DNA of 64,000 nt, from assembly GCA_016285245.1 (NCBI GenBank), contig JAEEQH010000013.1, positions 12,415 to 76,414 of the forward strand, read 5' to 3'. Both the position numbers and the translations under genes were made by a program. This stretch comes from Prevotella sp. (GTDB taxonomy: Bacteria > Bacteroidota > Bacteroidia > Bacteroidales > Bacteroidaceae). Under the pieces are notes generated by a model that made no database searches, had not been told where the DNA came from, and saw only the letters and a program-made list of their open reading frames with translations. This document shows positions 1 to 8,748 of the stretch, one piece after another. Every line of letters starts with the position of its first letter. Within the stretch, counting starts at the first letter, position 1.

Positions 1-301
1 TCCTCGTTCCTCGTTCCTCGACAAAGATCGGCTCAAACCCCTCCTGCTCCCATTGCTCGTTCCAGTCGCGATCCTCGGCCTCGCCGACGGTGTAGGTGAC
101 GGTGACGTCGGGTAGGGGACACGCATCGAGCAGCTGGCGCAGCAGCGGCTCGTCGAACAGCGGCTGCTGGACGTAGCCAGTCAGTGTGCCGTCGGCGGTG
201 TCGAACGACTCGAAGCCAGCCTCGCCGGCGATGGCCGCCACGATATCAGCAGCGTCGTCGCTATAAGGCTGGATGTTGAATTTTACTTCGTAATACTTCA
301 T
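1..301 (-). CDS. prmA: Ribosomal protein L11 methyltransferase, 5' part (runs off window start)
   Basis: Manual translation from ATG at 301: MKYYEVKFNIQPYSDDAADIVAAIAGEAGFESFD...AEDRDWNEQWEQEGFEPI; the GFESF and DWNxxWE motifs are typical of the PrmA N-terminus. Not in the ORF track because it is truncated. Confidence 0.85.
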   Translation of the reverse strand, partial: MKYYEVKFNIQPYSDDAADIVAAIAGEAGFESFDTADGTLTGYVQQPLFDEPLLRQLLDACPLPDVTVTYTVGEAEDRDWNEQWEQEGFEPIFVEERGTR

Positions 302-320
302 TTTGATGTTAATTTTGCCG

Positions 321-378
321 CAAAATTACAAAAAATAGGGAAAAACCTATCACGTTTTAGGGTTTTTCCCTAACTTTG
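321..378. promoter_or_regulatory. Divergent Bacteroidota sigmaA -7 promoters with a 12-bp inverted repeat between them
   Basis: TAATTTTG on minus (321-328) and TAACTTTG on plus (371-378) match TAnnTTTG; TAGGGAAAAACC (336-347) pairs with GGTTTTTCCCTA (361-372). Confidence 0.6.
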
Positions 379-434
379 CAGAGAAATAATTCATAATTTC
401 GCACCGTGAAACTATATCAAGAAGGAGAAACGAT

Positions 435-1451
435 ATGAAAAAGCTCATTTTGTTAACAATCATGCTGGGGACGCTGCCCCTGACAATGATGGCTCAGGAC
501 GACGATATGTACTTCGTCCCGACGAAGAAGTCGGTAGACAAGGACAGGGCCAGGTACGGACTGCCGGGTGGCACGTACTATCCCGGCTGCGACCGTAGCG
601 TCGACGAGTATAACCGCCGCGCGGGCCACTTCCCAAGCGTCGTGCCGCCCGACTCCACGGCGTCGGACATCATCGACTTCGACGGACAGGCAGGTGTCTA
701 TCCCGACTCCACACAGCAGGACTTCGCCGCTACACGCGAGATGAGCCGCTGGGACGGCTACGAGCCCAGCACTGACTACTGGGACGGCTATAACGACGGC
801 CGCCGCGACGGTGCATGGCACTCGCCCTGGTTCTACAACAGCTACTATCCTTGGTACACAGGGTGGTATGACCCCTGGTATATGGATCGCTGGTATCTCT
901 ACCATGGTCTCTACGATCCTTGGTACTGGGGCTGGGACTACTACGGCTACGGCTATTACAGCAGCTGGTATCATCCCTGGTACTACGGCGGCTGGTATGG
1001 CGGAGGCTACGTCAGCTACAACGGTCCTACGGGTACGCAGAACCACGGCCGCATAGACTACAGCGGCCCGCGTGGCGTACGTACCGCTAACGGTGGCGTG
1101 CGTTACGACGCAGGTACCTTCGGCGGCGCACGTACCGGCACCTTCGGACGTACCACGGCTTCTGGCACTCGCGTCGGCACATCGGCGGCAGGTGCACGCA
1201 CCACCGTCGGCAATCGCACCAGCAATGCCAACGGCAACTTCGGCGGCAACCGTGCCCGCACGGCTACCAGCAACAGCAATACGCGTACCTATACACCGAC
1301 CTACACGCCCAGCACGTCGTCAAGCGGCTCCTCCTATAGCGGTGGCTCCTACAGCGGTGGCGGCAGCAGCTCCGGCGGTGGCAACTTCGGCGGCAGCCGT
1401 TCTTCCGGCGGCGGTGGCGGCGGAGGCGGTGGCTTCGGCGGCAGACGCTAA
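435..1451 (+). CDS. Secreted hypothetical protein with a Y/W/G-rich core and G/S/R-rich low-complexity tail
   Basis: Signal peptide MKKLILL...MMA-QDDDMYFVP; YDPWY repeats; GGGGGFGGRR C-terminus; directly upstream of an outer-membrane barrel gene. Confidence 0.8.
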   Translation: MKKLILLTIMLGTLPLTMMAQDDDMYFVPTKKSVDKDRARYGLPGGTYYPGCDRSVDEYNRRAGHFPSVVPPDSTASDIIDFDGQAGVYPDSTQQDFAATREMSRWDGYEPSTDYWDGYNDGRRDGAWHSPWFYNSYYPWYTGWYDPWYMDRWYLYHGLYDPWYWGWDYYGYGYYSSWYHPWYYGGWYGGGYVSYNGPTGTQNHGRIDYSGPRGVRTANGGVRYDAGTFGGARTGTFGRTTASGTRVGTSAAGARTTVGNRTSNANGNFGGNRARTATSNSNTRTYTPTYTPSTSSSGSSYSGGSYSGGGSSSGGGNFGGSRSSGGGGGGGGGFGGRR

Positions 1452-1503
1452 TTCGGGCTTCGCCCTCTTAATTGAAAATTGATAATTGAAAATTGAGAAT
1501 GAT

Positions 1504-3057
1504 ATGAAAAGACTGTTTATTGCAATAATGGCTGTCGCGGGCACAGTGTCCATGACGGCTCAGGAAACCTACGAGAACGCAAAGCTCATCACCCCCGAAC
1601 TCAACGGTACGGCACGCTACGTCGGTATGGGTGGCGCCTTGGAGGCACTGGGTGCCGATATCTCGACCATGTCGACAAACCCCGCTGGTATCGGACTCTT
1701 CCGTCGTTCCAGCATCGGTATGTCGTTTGGCGTCGTCAGCCAGCAGGATGCTGCCGACTTCGCTGGCGCCAGCTCGACGAAGATGAGCTTCGACCAGGCA
1801 GGATTCGTCTACACCATGCAAACGGATGTCGACTCATGGATTAACTTCGGTTTCAACTACCACAAGAACCGTAACTTCAACTACATCCTCTCGGCAGCTG
1901 ACGGACTGCAGAACGCCTCTCAGAACAAGCTCACCTATGCCAAGGCAAAGAACGGACTGCTCTATCAGACAGACAAGAACGGGGCACCACGCACGGACAA
2001 GTGCTTTGCCTCGTGCTCGCAGCTCGACCGTATCTACGCCAACAACCTGAACTACGATGGTTCGGACAATACGTGGTACTACGACGAGGCCACGGCGTAT
2101 CTGTTCGACCGCTCGCATAAGGGATACATCAGCGAGTACGACCTGAACCTCAGCGGAAACTTGGGCAACAAGGTGTACCTCGGACTGACCATCGGCATCC
2201 ACGACGTGAACTACCGCCACTACGGCGAGTACACCGAGCAGCTCATCGGCCCCGAAGGTCCCTATAGCCTCACCGTCAGCGACGAGCGATTCATCGACGG
2301 TACAGGTGCCGACATGAAGGCAGGTATCATCATCCGTCCCATGGACGAGTCGGCATTCCGTATTGGTGCCTACGTCAACACGCCTACGTGGTACGACCTG
2401 AAGACCGAGAACTACACCGTGGCCAGCGACGGTGGCCATACTGCCGATAGCCACGAGTGCTACGACTTCAAGCTCTTCACCCCGTGGCGTTTCGGACTCA
2501 GCGCCGGTCACACCATCGGCACGCAGCTGGCTCTCGGCGCTACCCTTGAGTACGCCGACTACGGCTCTACCGATACCCGCTACAACACTGGCACGTCATA
2601 CGACGGCTGGGGCTATGCCTACGATGAGAGCGAGAGCGACAACATCATGAACCGCCATACCGAGGAGACCCTCAAGGGTGTGGCTACCCTGAAGGTTGGC
2701 GCAGAGTTCCGTCCCGATCCCGCCGTCGCTATCCGTCTGGGCTACAACTACGTCTCGCCCATGTACAACAAGAATGGCTTCAAGGACGGCTCGCTTCAGA
2801 CCGACGGCTCGTACTACAGCAGCGCTACCGACTACACCAACTGGAAGTCGACCAACCGCCTCACTTGCGGCATCGGTACCCGTCTGGGCGCCATGAACAT
2901 CGATCTGGCTTATCAGTACAGCGCCACCAACGGTGAGTTCTCGCCCTTTATGTCCTACGTTGACGGTGACTCTGCCCTGGACGATAACATCGCCAACATC
3001 GTGAAGGTCAGCAACAAGCGCCACCAGGTGCTCTTCACCCTCGGCTACACCTTCTAA
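1504..3057 (+). CDS. OmpP1/FadL-like outer membrane beta-barrel protein
   Basis: Signal peptide; LNGTARYVGMGGA...LGADISTMSTNPAGIG motif; C-terminal beta-signal FTLGYTF. ATG 1504 preferred over the track start, which lies in a heptamer repeat. Confidence 0.8.
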   Translation: MKRLFIAIMAVAGTVSMTAQETYENAKLITPELNGTARYVGMGGALEALGADISTMSTNPAGIGLFRRSSIGMSFGVVSQQDAADFAGASSTKMSFDQAGFVYTMQTDVDSWINFGFNYHKNRNFNYILSAADGLQNASQNKLTYAKAKNGLLYQTDKNGAPRTDKCFASCSQLDRIYANNLNYDGSDNTWYYDEATAYLFDRSHKGYISEYDLNLSGNLGNKVYLGLTIGIHDVNYRHYGEYTEQLIGPEGPYSLTVSDERFIDGTGADMKAGIIIRPMDESAFRIGAYVNTPTWYDLKTENYTVASDGGHTADSHECYDFKLFTPWRFGLSAGHTIGTQLALGATLEYADYGSTDTRYNTGTSYDGWGYAYDESESDNIMNRHTEETLKGVATLKVGAEFRPDPAVAIRLGYNYVSPMYNKNGFKDGSLQTDGSYYSSATDYTNWKSTNRLTCGIGTRLGAMNIDLAYQYSATNGEFSPFMSYVDGDSALDDNIANIVKVSNKRHQVLFTLGYTF

Positions 3058-3106
3058 CGCTGGTCTCGCATGAATAAAATACTCGGCGTGTCATATACGC
3101 AGAGTT

Positions 3107-3184
3107 AAACAAAAATCTTCAAAAATCTTACAAAAATGGCTTTCGACAGGCTTATTGATGTCAGATTTTTGAAGATTTTTGTTT
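3107..3184. repeat. Perfect 22-bp inverted repeat with arms built of CAAAAATCTT 10-mers
   Basis: AAACAAAAATCTTCAAAAATCT (3107-3128) and its reverse complement (3163-3184), between convergent genes. Confidence 0.9.
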
Positions 3185-3248
3185 TTTGAGATATCTCGTC
3201 TCTGTTTCTCGTTCATATTCTTCGGCGCAAAAGGATGGCCGAAAAATA

Positions 3249-4400
3249 TTATTTTGTGCCGACAATCTTGGTCTTGGGTAGTTCGGCGTTCCGGCGGTTG
3301 ACGACGGTGACAACGGCCTGGGCGAGGTTGATGAAGGCCAGTCCCGTGGCGGTGTCGCTGCTCAGGGCGGCGGGCTCACCGCGGTCGCCGCTGTCGCAGA
3401 TGCTCTGAACGAGCGGAATCTGTGCCAGCAGGGGGACGTTCATCTCCTCGGCCAGCTGCTTGCAGCCCTCGCGGCCGAAGATGTAGTAGCGGTTGTCGGG
3501 TAGCTCGGCGGGTGTGAACCACGCCATGTTTTCGATGAGTCCGAGGATGGGCACGTTGACCTTGTCGTTGCGGTACATATCGATGCCCTTGCGAGCGTCT
3601 GCCAGCGCCACCTGCTGAGGTGTGGAGACGATGACGGCACCGGTGATGCTCAGCGTTTGGAGCAGCGTCAGGTGGATGTCGCTGGTGCCTGGCGGCGTGT
3701 CGAGGATAAAGTAGTCGAGCTCGCCCCAGTCGGCATCGGCGATGAGCTGTTTCAGGGCGCTGGTGGCCATGCCGCCGCGCCACAGCGTGGCGGTGGTGGG
3801 CGAGACGAAGAAGCCAATGGAGAGCATCTTCACGCCGTACTGCTCGATGGGGCAGATGAGGTCGCGGCCGTCCTTCTTGACGGCATAGGGGCGCTCGTCC
3901 TCGACGTGGAACATCTTGGGTACTGAGGGACCGAAGATGTCGGCGTCGAGCAGTCCCACGCGGTAGCCGAGGCGTGCCAAGGCGATAGCGAGGTTGGCGG
4001 CAACGGTGCTCTTGCCGACGCCGCCTTTGCCTGAGCTGACGGCGATAATGTTCTTGACGCCGGGCAGCAGTTTCTCCACTTCGGGACGTGGCTTCGACTT
4101 GAACTCGGTGACAATTTCGACGTCAATGTCGTCGTTACTCGTTCCTCCTTCCTCGTTCCTCGAACAATAGTACTTGATGGCTGCCTCGGCGGCCTTGACG
4201 GTAGAACGGAGGAAAGGGTCGGTGTCACGGGGAAATTCGAGCACGACGGTCACCTTCCAGTTTTTCCCGTCAACGGGGGGATTGAGGGGCGTCACCGTGG
4301 GCTGGTCGGCCACCATCTCGCTGTCAACGAGGTTTTTCTTCGTGCCGGCATAGGTGACGGTGGCCAGCGCTTCGAGTATGAGTTTGGGATATAGGGTCAT
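3249..4400 (-). CDS. mrp: Mrp/NBP35 (ApbC) Fe-S cluster carrier ATPase
   Basis: SGKGGVGKST P-loop, LLDADIFGPS, DTPPGTSD, GLIENM motifs. Confidence 0.92.
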   Translation of the reverse strand: MTLYPKLILEALATVTYAGTKKNLVDSEMVADQPTVTPLNPPVDGKNWKVTVVLEFPRDTDPFLRSTVKAAEAAIKYYCSRNEEGGTSNDDIDVEIVTEFKSKPRPEVEKLLPGVKNIIAVSSGKGGVGKSTVAANLAIALARLGYRVGLLDADIFGPSVPKMFHVEDERPYAVKKDGRDLICPIEQYGVKMLSIGFFVSPTTATLWRGGMATSALKQLIADADWGELDYFILDTPPGTSDIHLTLLQTLSITGAVIVSTPQQVALADARKGIDMYRNDKVNVPILGLIENMAWFTPAELPDNRYYIFGREGCKQLAEEMNVPLLAQIPLVQSICDSGDRGEPAALSSDTATGLAFINLAQAVVTVVNRRNAELPKTKIVGTK

Positions 4401-4404
4401 TTAA

Positions 4405-4500
4405 GAATTGAAAAATTGAAAAATTTAAGAATTGATAAATTGAAGAATTCTTGCGTCCCTTCGGTAGCAAGCGACCGGAGGTCGAGCGGAAAAATTGAAG
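4405..4500. repeat. Octamer tandem array (RAATTGAA) enclosing a small double-hairpin insert
   Basis: gaattgaa aaattgaa aaatttaa gaattgat aaattgaa gaattc, then CTTGC..ccTTCgg..GCAAG and CGACC..GGTCG, then aaattgaag. Confidence 0.8.
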
Positions 4501-4503
4501 TCT

Positions 4504-6279
4504 TTAACGCTCCAGAATCTGGGGAATCTTCTGCCACGACTTGTCCTGGACATAGGCGGAGCGGGCACCCTTGGGGACGTAGAACTTGCAGGCGCCGAGG
4601 ACGACATCCTTGAACGCCGAGCGTGCCAGTGACGGGGGGGTGGGAGCGTTGAGCGTCACCTCACGCAGTGACACGCACTTGGCGAATGCCGAGCCGCCGA
4701 TGGTCTTCAGACTGACGGAGAGGTCAGCGGACTCCAGGGCGCTGCACTCGCGGAAGGCGTCGCTGTCAATCTCGCGGACGGCGTTAGGGATGACGATGCT
4801 CCTCAGCTGGGCACACTTACGGAAGGCGGAGCTGCCGATGTACTGGAGACTCACGGGCAGGGCGATGCTGGTCAGCGCGATGCACTCCTCGAAGGCCTCG
4901 GAACCAATCTTCTTGACGGAGACGGGGAGGGTGATGGAACGCAGACTGTGGCAGTAGCGGAAGGCGTCGCTCTCAATCTCCTCGATGAAACCCTCGATGC
5001 GGACGCTGTCGAGCGACGTGCAGTTCTCGAAGGTGTCGTTACCCATGGACTTCACCTTGTTGGGGATGACGATGAACTTCAGCGACGAGCACTTCTCGAA
5101 GGCGTAGTCGCCAATCTTCGTCAGCGACTGCGGCAGTTCGATGTCTGTGAGACTCTTGCAGTCGTCGAAGGCATGGCTGCCGATGGTCTTCAGCTGTCCC
5201 GGGATGGTGACCGTCTTCAGACTGTTGCACCCTAGGAATGTGTCGCTGCCAAGGTCGGTCATTTCGCCCTGCAGACTGGCGGTGACGAGACCGAGACAGC
5301 CCTTGAAGACGCCGCTACCGAGCTTCTTCAGGTTGGCGATGTCGATGCTTTGGAGGCTGGCGCAGTCCTCGAAGGCGTTGGAGCCCAGTTTCGTGACGTT
5401 GATCAGCTCGATGGTTGCCAGGGCGGAGCAGTCCTCGAAAGCGGAGTTGCCAATCTCGTCAAGATTGTCGGGCAGACTGATGGTTGCCAGACTCTTACAA
5501 TTCCTGAAAGCGTTGTTGCCCAGCGACACGACGGACTCGGGGACCGTCACCTGTGTGAGGGCCTCACAGTTCTGGAAGGTGCTGCTCTGGATGGCTTTGA
5601 TGGCACCCTCGATGGTTACGGTGACGAGGGCCTTGCAGCCGTTGAATGCCGAGCCGCCGAGCTGTGTCAGCGATGCCGGCAACTCCATGGTCGTCAGGCT
5701 CTGGCAGTTCTCGAACGCGGAGCTGCCGATGACCGTCAGCTTTCCGGGCAGATGGATGTTGCTCAGGCTGCCGCAGTCCTTGAAGGCGCCGTTGTCAATG
5801 GTGATGACGCTCTCCGGGATGTTGACTTCGGCGAGTTCCTGACAGTCGGAGAAGCAGTTCTTGCCGATATTGATAAGCTGGCTGGGGAGCATCACCTTCT
5901 TCAGGTTCTTGGCACCGGAGAAGAGGCCTGCGGGCAGGGTGTTACTCTCGGTCTTCATGCTTGCCTTCCCCTCGACGATCTGTGCGTCGCTCAAATCCAG
6001 GACGGTCACCAGACACTCGCCCTCAATCTTCTTGTTGGTCTTCGTGCGGTTGACAATCTGTTGCAGCAGCTTCAAGTCGACACCGTTCAGGGGGCCGCTG
6101 ACCTTCAGCTCGGCCACCTTGAAGCGCACGTCCTCGGGCAGCTGGACGGCCAGCGTGCCGACGCTGTCGGTGCTGACGTTCTTCTGCTGGGCAGTAACGG
6201 TGTTGATGCATAGTGAACATTGAATAAAAAGTAAGGCAACAAGGCCTGTCAGTCGGTTGATTGTCAGATGTGTTCTCAT
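4504..6279 (-). CDS. BspA-type (LRR_5/TpLRR) leucine-rich repeat surface protein
   Basis: Signal peptide and many 22-23 aa repeats of the form IGxxAFxxCxSLxxIxLPxSL. Confidence 0.92.
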   Translation of the reverse strand: MRTHLTINRLTGLVALLFIQCSLCINTVTAQQKNVSTDSVGTLAVQLPEDVRFKVAELKVSGPLNGVDLKLLQQIVNRTKTNKKIEGECLVTVLDLSDAQIVEGKASMKTESNTLPAGLFSGAKNLKKVMLPSQLINIGKNCFSDCQELAEVNIPESVITIDNGAFKDCGSLSNIHLPGKLTVIGSSAFENCQSLTTMELPASLTQLGGSAFNGCKALVTVTIEGAIKAIQSSTFQNCEALTQVTVPESVVSLGNNAFRNCKSLATISLPDNLDEIGNSAFEDCSALATIELINVTKLGSNAFEDCASLQSIDIANLKKLGSGVFKGCLGLVTASLQGEMTDLGSDTFLGCNSLKTVTIPGQLKTIGSHAFDDCKSLTDIELPQSLTKIGDYAFEKCSSLKFIVIPNKVKSMGNDTFENCTSLDSVRIEGFIEEIESDAFRYCHSLRSITLPVSVKKIGSEAFEECIALTSIALPVSLQYIGSSAFRKCAQLRSIVIPNAVREIDSDAFRECSALESADLSVSLKTIGGSAFAKCVSLREVTLNAPTPPSLARSAFKDVVLGACKFYVPKGARSAYVQDKSWQKIPQILER

Positions 6280-6324
6280 ATCTTTATGTGTGATTGTTAA
6301 TGATATTCTTTTGAGTGCTAGGGG

Positions 6325-7095
6325 TTAGTACGCCGTCTGCTTGGGACTGCGCTTGGTGCGGTGGTACGAGCGGTAGTCGTCGAGCTCAATCTCCACCTCG
6401 GGCTCCGTCAGCGCACCGTCGCGCGGCAGCTGCCACTTCATGTACTTGATGTTCAGTCCGCGGGCCATCCACATCGACTCGTAGTACGTCTGGATAGTAC
6501 GCGGGAAGAGAAGCTCCGGAGAGGCGCCCTGCTCGCCGTAAAGGTCGTCGGTGCTCAGGAGCACGGGCAGGTGGTTGTGCTCAGCCATCAGTGTGGTGTA
6601 GGTGAACAGGAAGTTGGAGTCGGTCTTCAGGTGAAGGAGACCGCCGTCGACAAGAAAGCGACGGTAACGCTCCAGGAAGTATGTGGACGTCAGACGCTTA
6701 CGCGGATTCTTCATCTGCGGGTCGCTGAACGTCAGCCACAGCTCCTGAACCTCGTCCTGGCCAAAGAAACGGTCGATGATCTCGATGTTCGTACGCAGGA
6801 ACGCCACGTTCGTCAGTCCCTGGCGGAGCGCCTCGGTGGCTCCCGTCCACATTCGTGCGCCCTTGATGTCGACGCCGATGAAATTCATGTCCGGACAGAG
6901 CTTCGCCAGCTCGACGGTATATTCTCCCTTGCCGCAGCCCAACTCGAGCACGATGGGGTTGCTGTTATGGAAGTACTGTTCGCGCCAGTGGCCCTGCATC
7001 TCGAAAGGCACGTCGGCAACGACCGAGAAGGGATACTGGAACACGTTCTCGTAGCGTTCCATGTCGGCAAATTTCGCAAGTTTTCCTTTTCCCAT
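6325..7095 (-). CDS. trmB: tRNA (guanine-N7)-methyltransferase
   Basis: [34 protein letters not shown] motifs. Confidence 0.95.
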   Translation of the reverse strand: MGKGKLAKFADMERYENVFQYPFSVVADVPFEMQGHWREQYFHNSNPIVLELGCGKGEYTVELAKLCPDMNFIGVDIKGARMWTGATEALRQGLTNVAFLRTNIEIIDRFFGQDEVQELWLTFSDPQMKNPRKRLTSTYFLERYRRFLVDGGLLHLKTDSNFLFTYTTLMAEHNHLPVLLSTDDLYGEQGASPELLFPRTIQTYYESMWMARGLNIKYMKWQLPRDGALTEPEVEIELDDYRSYHRTKRSPKQTAY

Positions 7096-7146
7096 AATGA
7101 CTGCAAAGGTACTGATAAAATCCGAAACAGCAAAATATTACGGCAG

Positions 7147-7179
7147 AAAAACTCCCGCCGGAACGGGTTCCGACGGGAG
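7147..7179 (-). terminator. Intrinsic terminator of uxaB
   Basis: 13-bp stem with one mismatch (7152-7164 / 7167-7179) followed by a T5 tract on the minus strand, just after the uxaB stop. Confidence 0.7.
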
Positions 7180-7212
7180 ATGCTGTCTGTTGTTATAATC
7201 TTTCTGTCCTTT

Positions 7213-8652
7213 TTAGAGGATGGTCTTCACAGCCTCGAGCATACCCTTCTGCTGGATGAGGTCGAGATACTGCTTCACCAGGGCGTTGAGACCAGCAATC
7301 TTGTTGAGGTCCTCCTGCCAGATGAATTCGGCGCCGAGGACACCGTCAGCAACCTTCTGCGTGTCGCCGGTAGCCCAGAGCTCCTTGAGCAGGTCCATGA
7401 TCTTCTGATCGTCGTTGGGAACAATCTCCACACCATCCTCACGCTTGCCACCCTTGTAGTAGGTGATGATAGCGGCCAGTCCGAAGACAAGACCCTTGGG
7501 CAGCTCGCCCTTGCGCTCCAGGTATGTCTTCACGCCGGGCAGGTCGCGAGCCTGGAACTTCGGGAAGGAGTTGAGCATGATGCTCGTCACCTGGTGGTCG
7601 ACGAAGGGGTTGTCGAAGCGCTCCAGCACGTCGCCGGCAAACTTCTCCAGCTCGTCCATCGGCAGGTCGAGCGTCTGCATGAGCTCCTCGAACTGTACCT
7701 TGTGGATGTACTTGCCAATGACCTCGTGGTTGCAGGCATCGCGGACGATGTTCACACCGCTGAGGAATGCCACGGGCGACAGTACGGTGTGCGGGCCGTT
7801 GAGCAGCGTCACCTTACGCTTGTGGTAAGGCTCCTCGCTGGGAACGAACAGCACGTGGAGACCGGCCTTGTCGGCAGGGAACTCCTGAGCAACCTCCTTC
7901 GGGGCCTCGATGACCCAGAGGTGGAAGTTCTCGGCCTGGACGACGAGGTTGTCGCGGTAGCAGATCTTCTCCTGAATCTGCTTGATCTCGTTGCGGGGGA
8001 AGCCGGGGACGATACGGTCGACGAGGGTGGCATAGACGCCGCAGGCCTCTTCGAACCATTTCTTGAAGTCGTCACCGAGCTGCCACAGCTCAATGTACTT
8101 GTAGATGCAGTCCTTCAGCACGTGGCCGTTGAGGAAGATGAGCTCGCAGGGGAAGATGATGAGACCCTTCGTGGGGTCGCCGTTGAACGTCTGGTAGCGG
8201 CGATAGAGCAGCTGCACTAGCTTGCCGGGATAGGAACTGGCGGGAGCGTCGTCGAGTTTGCAGGCGGGGTCGAAGGCGATACCGGCCTCGGTGGTGTTCG
8301 AGATGACGAAACGAATCTCGGGCTGATCGGCCAAAGCCATGAACGCAGCGTTCTGAGTGTAGGGGTTCAGGGCACGGCTGATGACGTCGATACGCTCAAG
8401 GGTGTTGACGGCCTTGCCGTTCTCACGGCCCTGGAGGTTCACGTGGTACAGACAGTCCTGTGCGTTGAGCCAGTCGACCATACCGCGCTCAATGGGCTGT
8501 ACGACAACGACGGAGCCGTTGAAGTCGGTTTTCTGGTCCATGTTCCAGATAATCCAATCGACAAATGCACGGAGGAAATTACCTTCTCCAAACTGGATGA
8601 CCTTCTCGGGCATCACGCTCTTAGGAGCAAATTGCTTGTTTAGTGGTTTCAT
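7213..8652 (-). CDS. uxaB: Tagaturonate (altronate) oxidoreductase
   Basis: PEKVIQFGEGNFLRAFVDW, ISNTTEAGI, LVDRIVPG, LLNGPHT, RFDNPF motifs of the mannitol dehydrogenase/UxaB family. Confidence 0.93.
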   Translation of the reverse strand: MKPLNKQFAPKSVMPEKVIQFGEGNFLRAFVDWIIWNMDQKTDFNGSVVVVQPIERGMVDWLNAQDCLYHVNLQGRENGKAVNTLERIDVISRALNPYTQNAAFMALADQPEIRFVISNTTEAGIAFDPACKLDDAPASSYPGKLVQLLYRRYQTFNGDPTKGLIIFPCELIFLNGHVLKDCIYKYIELWQLGDDFKKWFEEACGVYATLVDRIVPGFPRNEIKQIQEKICYRDNLVVQAENFHLWVIEAPKEVAQEFPADKAGLHVLFVPSEEPYHKRKVTLLNGPHTVLSPVAFLSGVNIVRDACNHEVIGKYIHKVQFEELMQTLDLPMDELEKFAGDVLERFDNPFVDHQVTSIMLNSFPKFQARDLPGVKTYLERKGELPKGLVFGLAAIITYYKGGKREDGVEIVPNDDQKIMDLLKELWATGDTQKVADGVLGAEFIWQEDLNKIAGLNALVKQYLDLIQQKGMLEAVKTIL

Positions 8653-8748
8653 TGTAATAATAACGTTTTGTAGATTTGTTTTTCAATTGCGGTACAAAAG
8701 TACGATTTATTTTCGATTCCGCCAAGGAAAAACAGGAAAATAAAAACG

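Noticed and set aside
4504-5900. Periodic DNA repeats in the LRR gene as a non-coding array
   Set aside because: Fully explained by 22-23 aa BspA-type leucine-rich repeats in an intact ORF.
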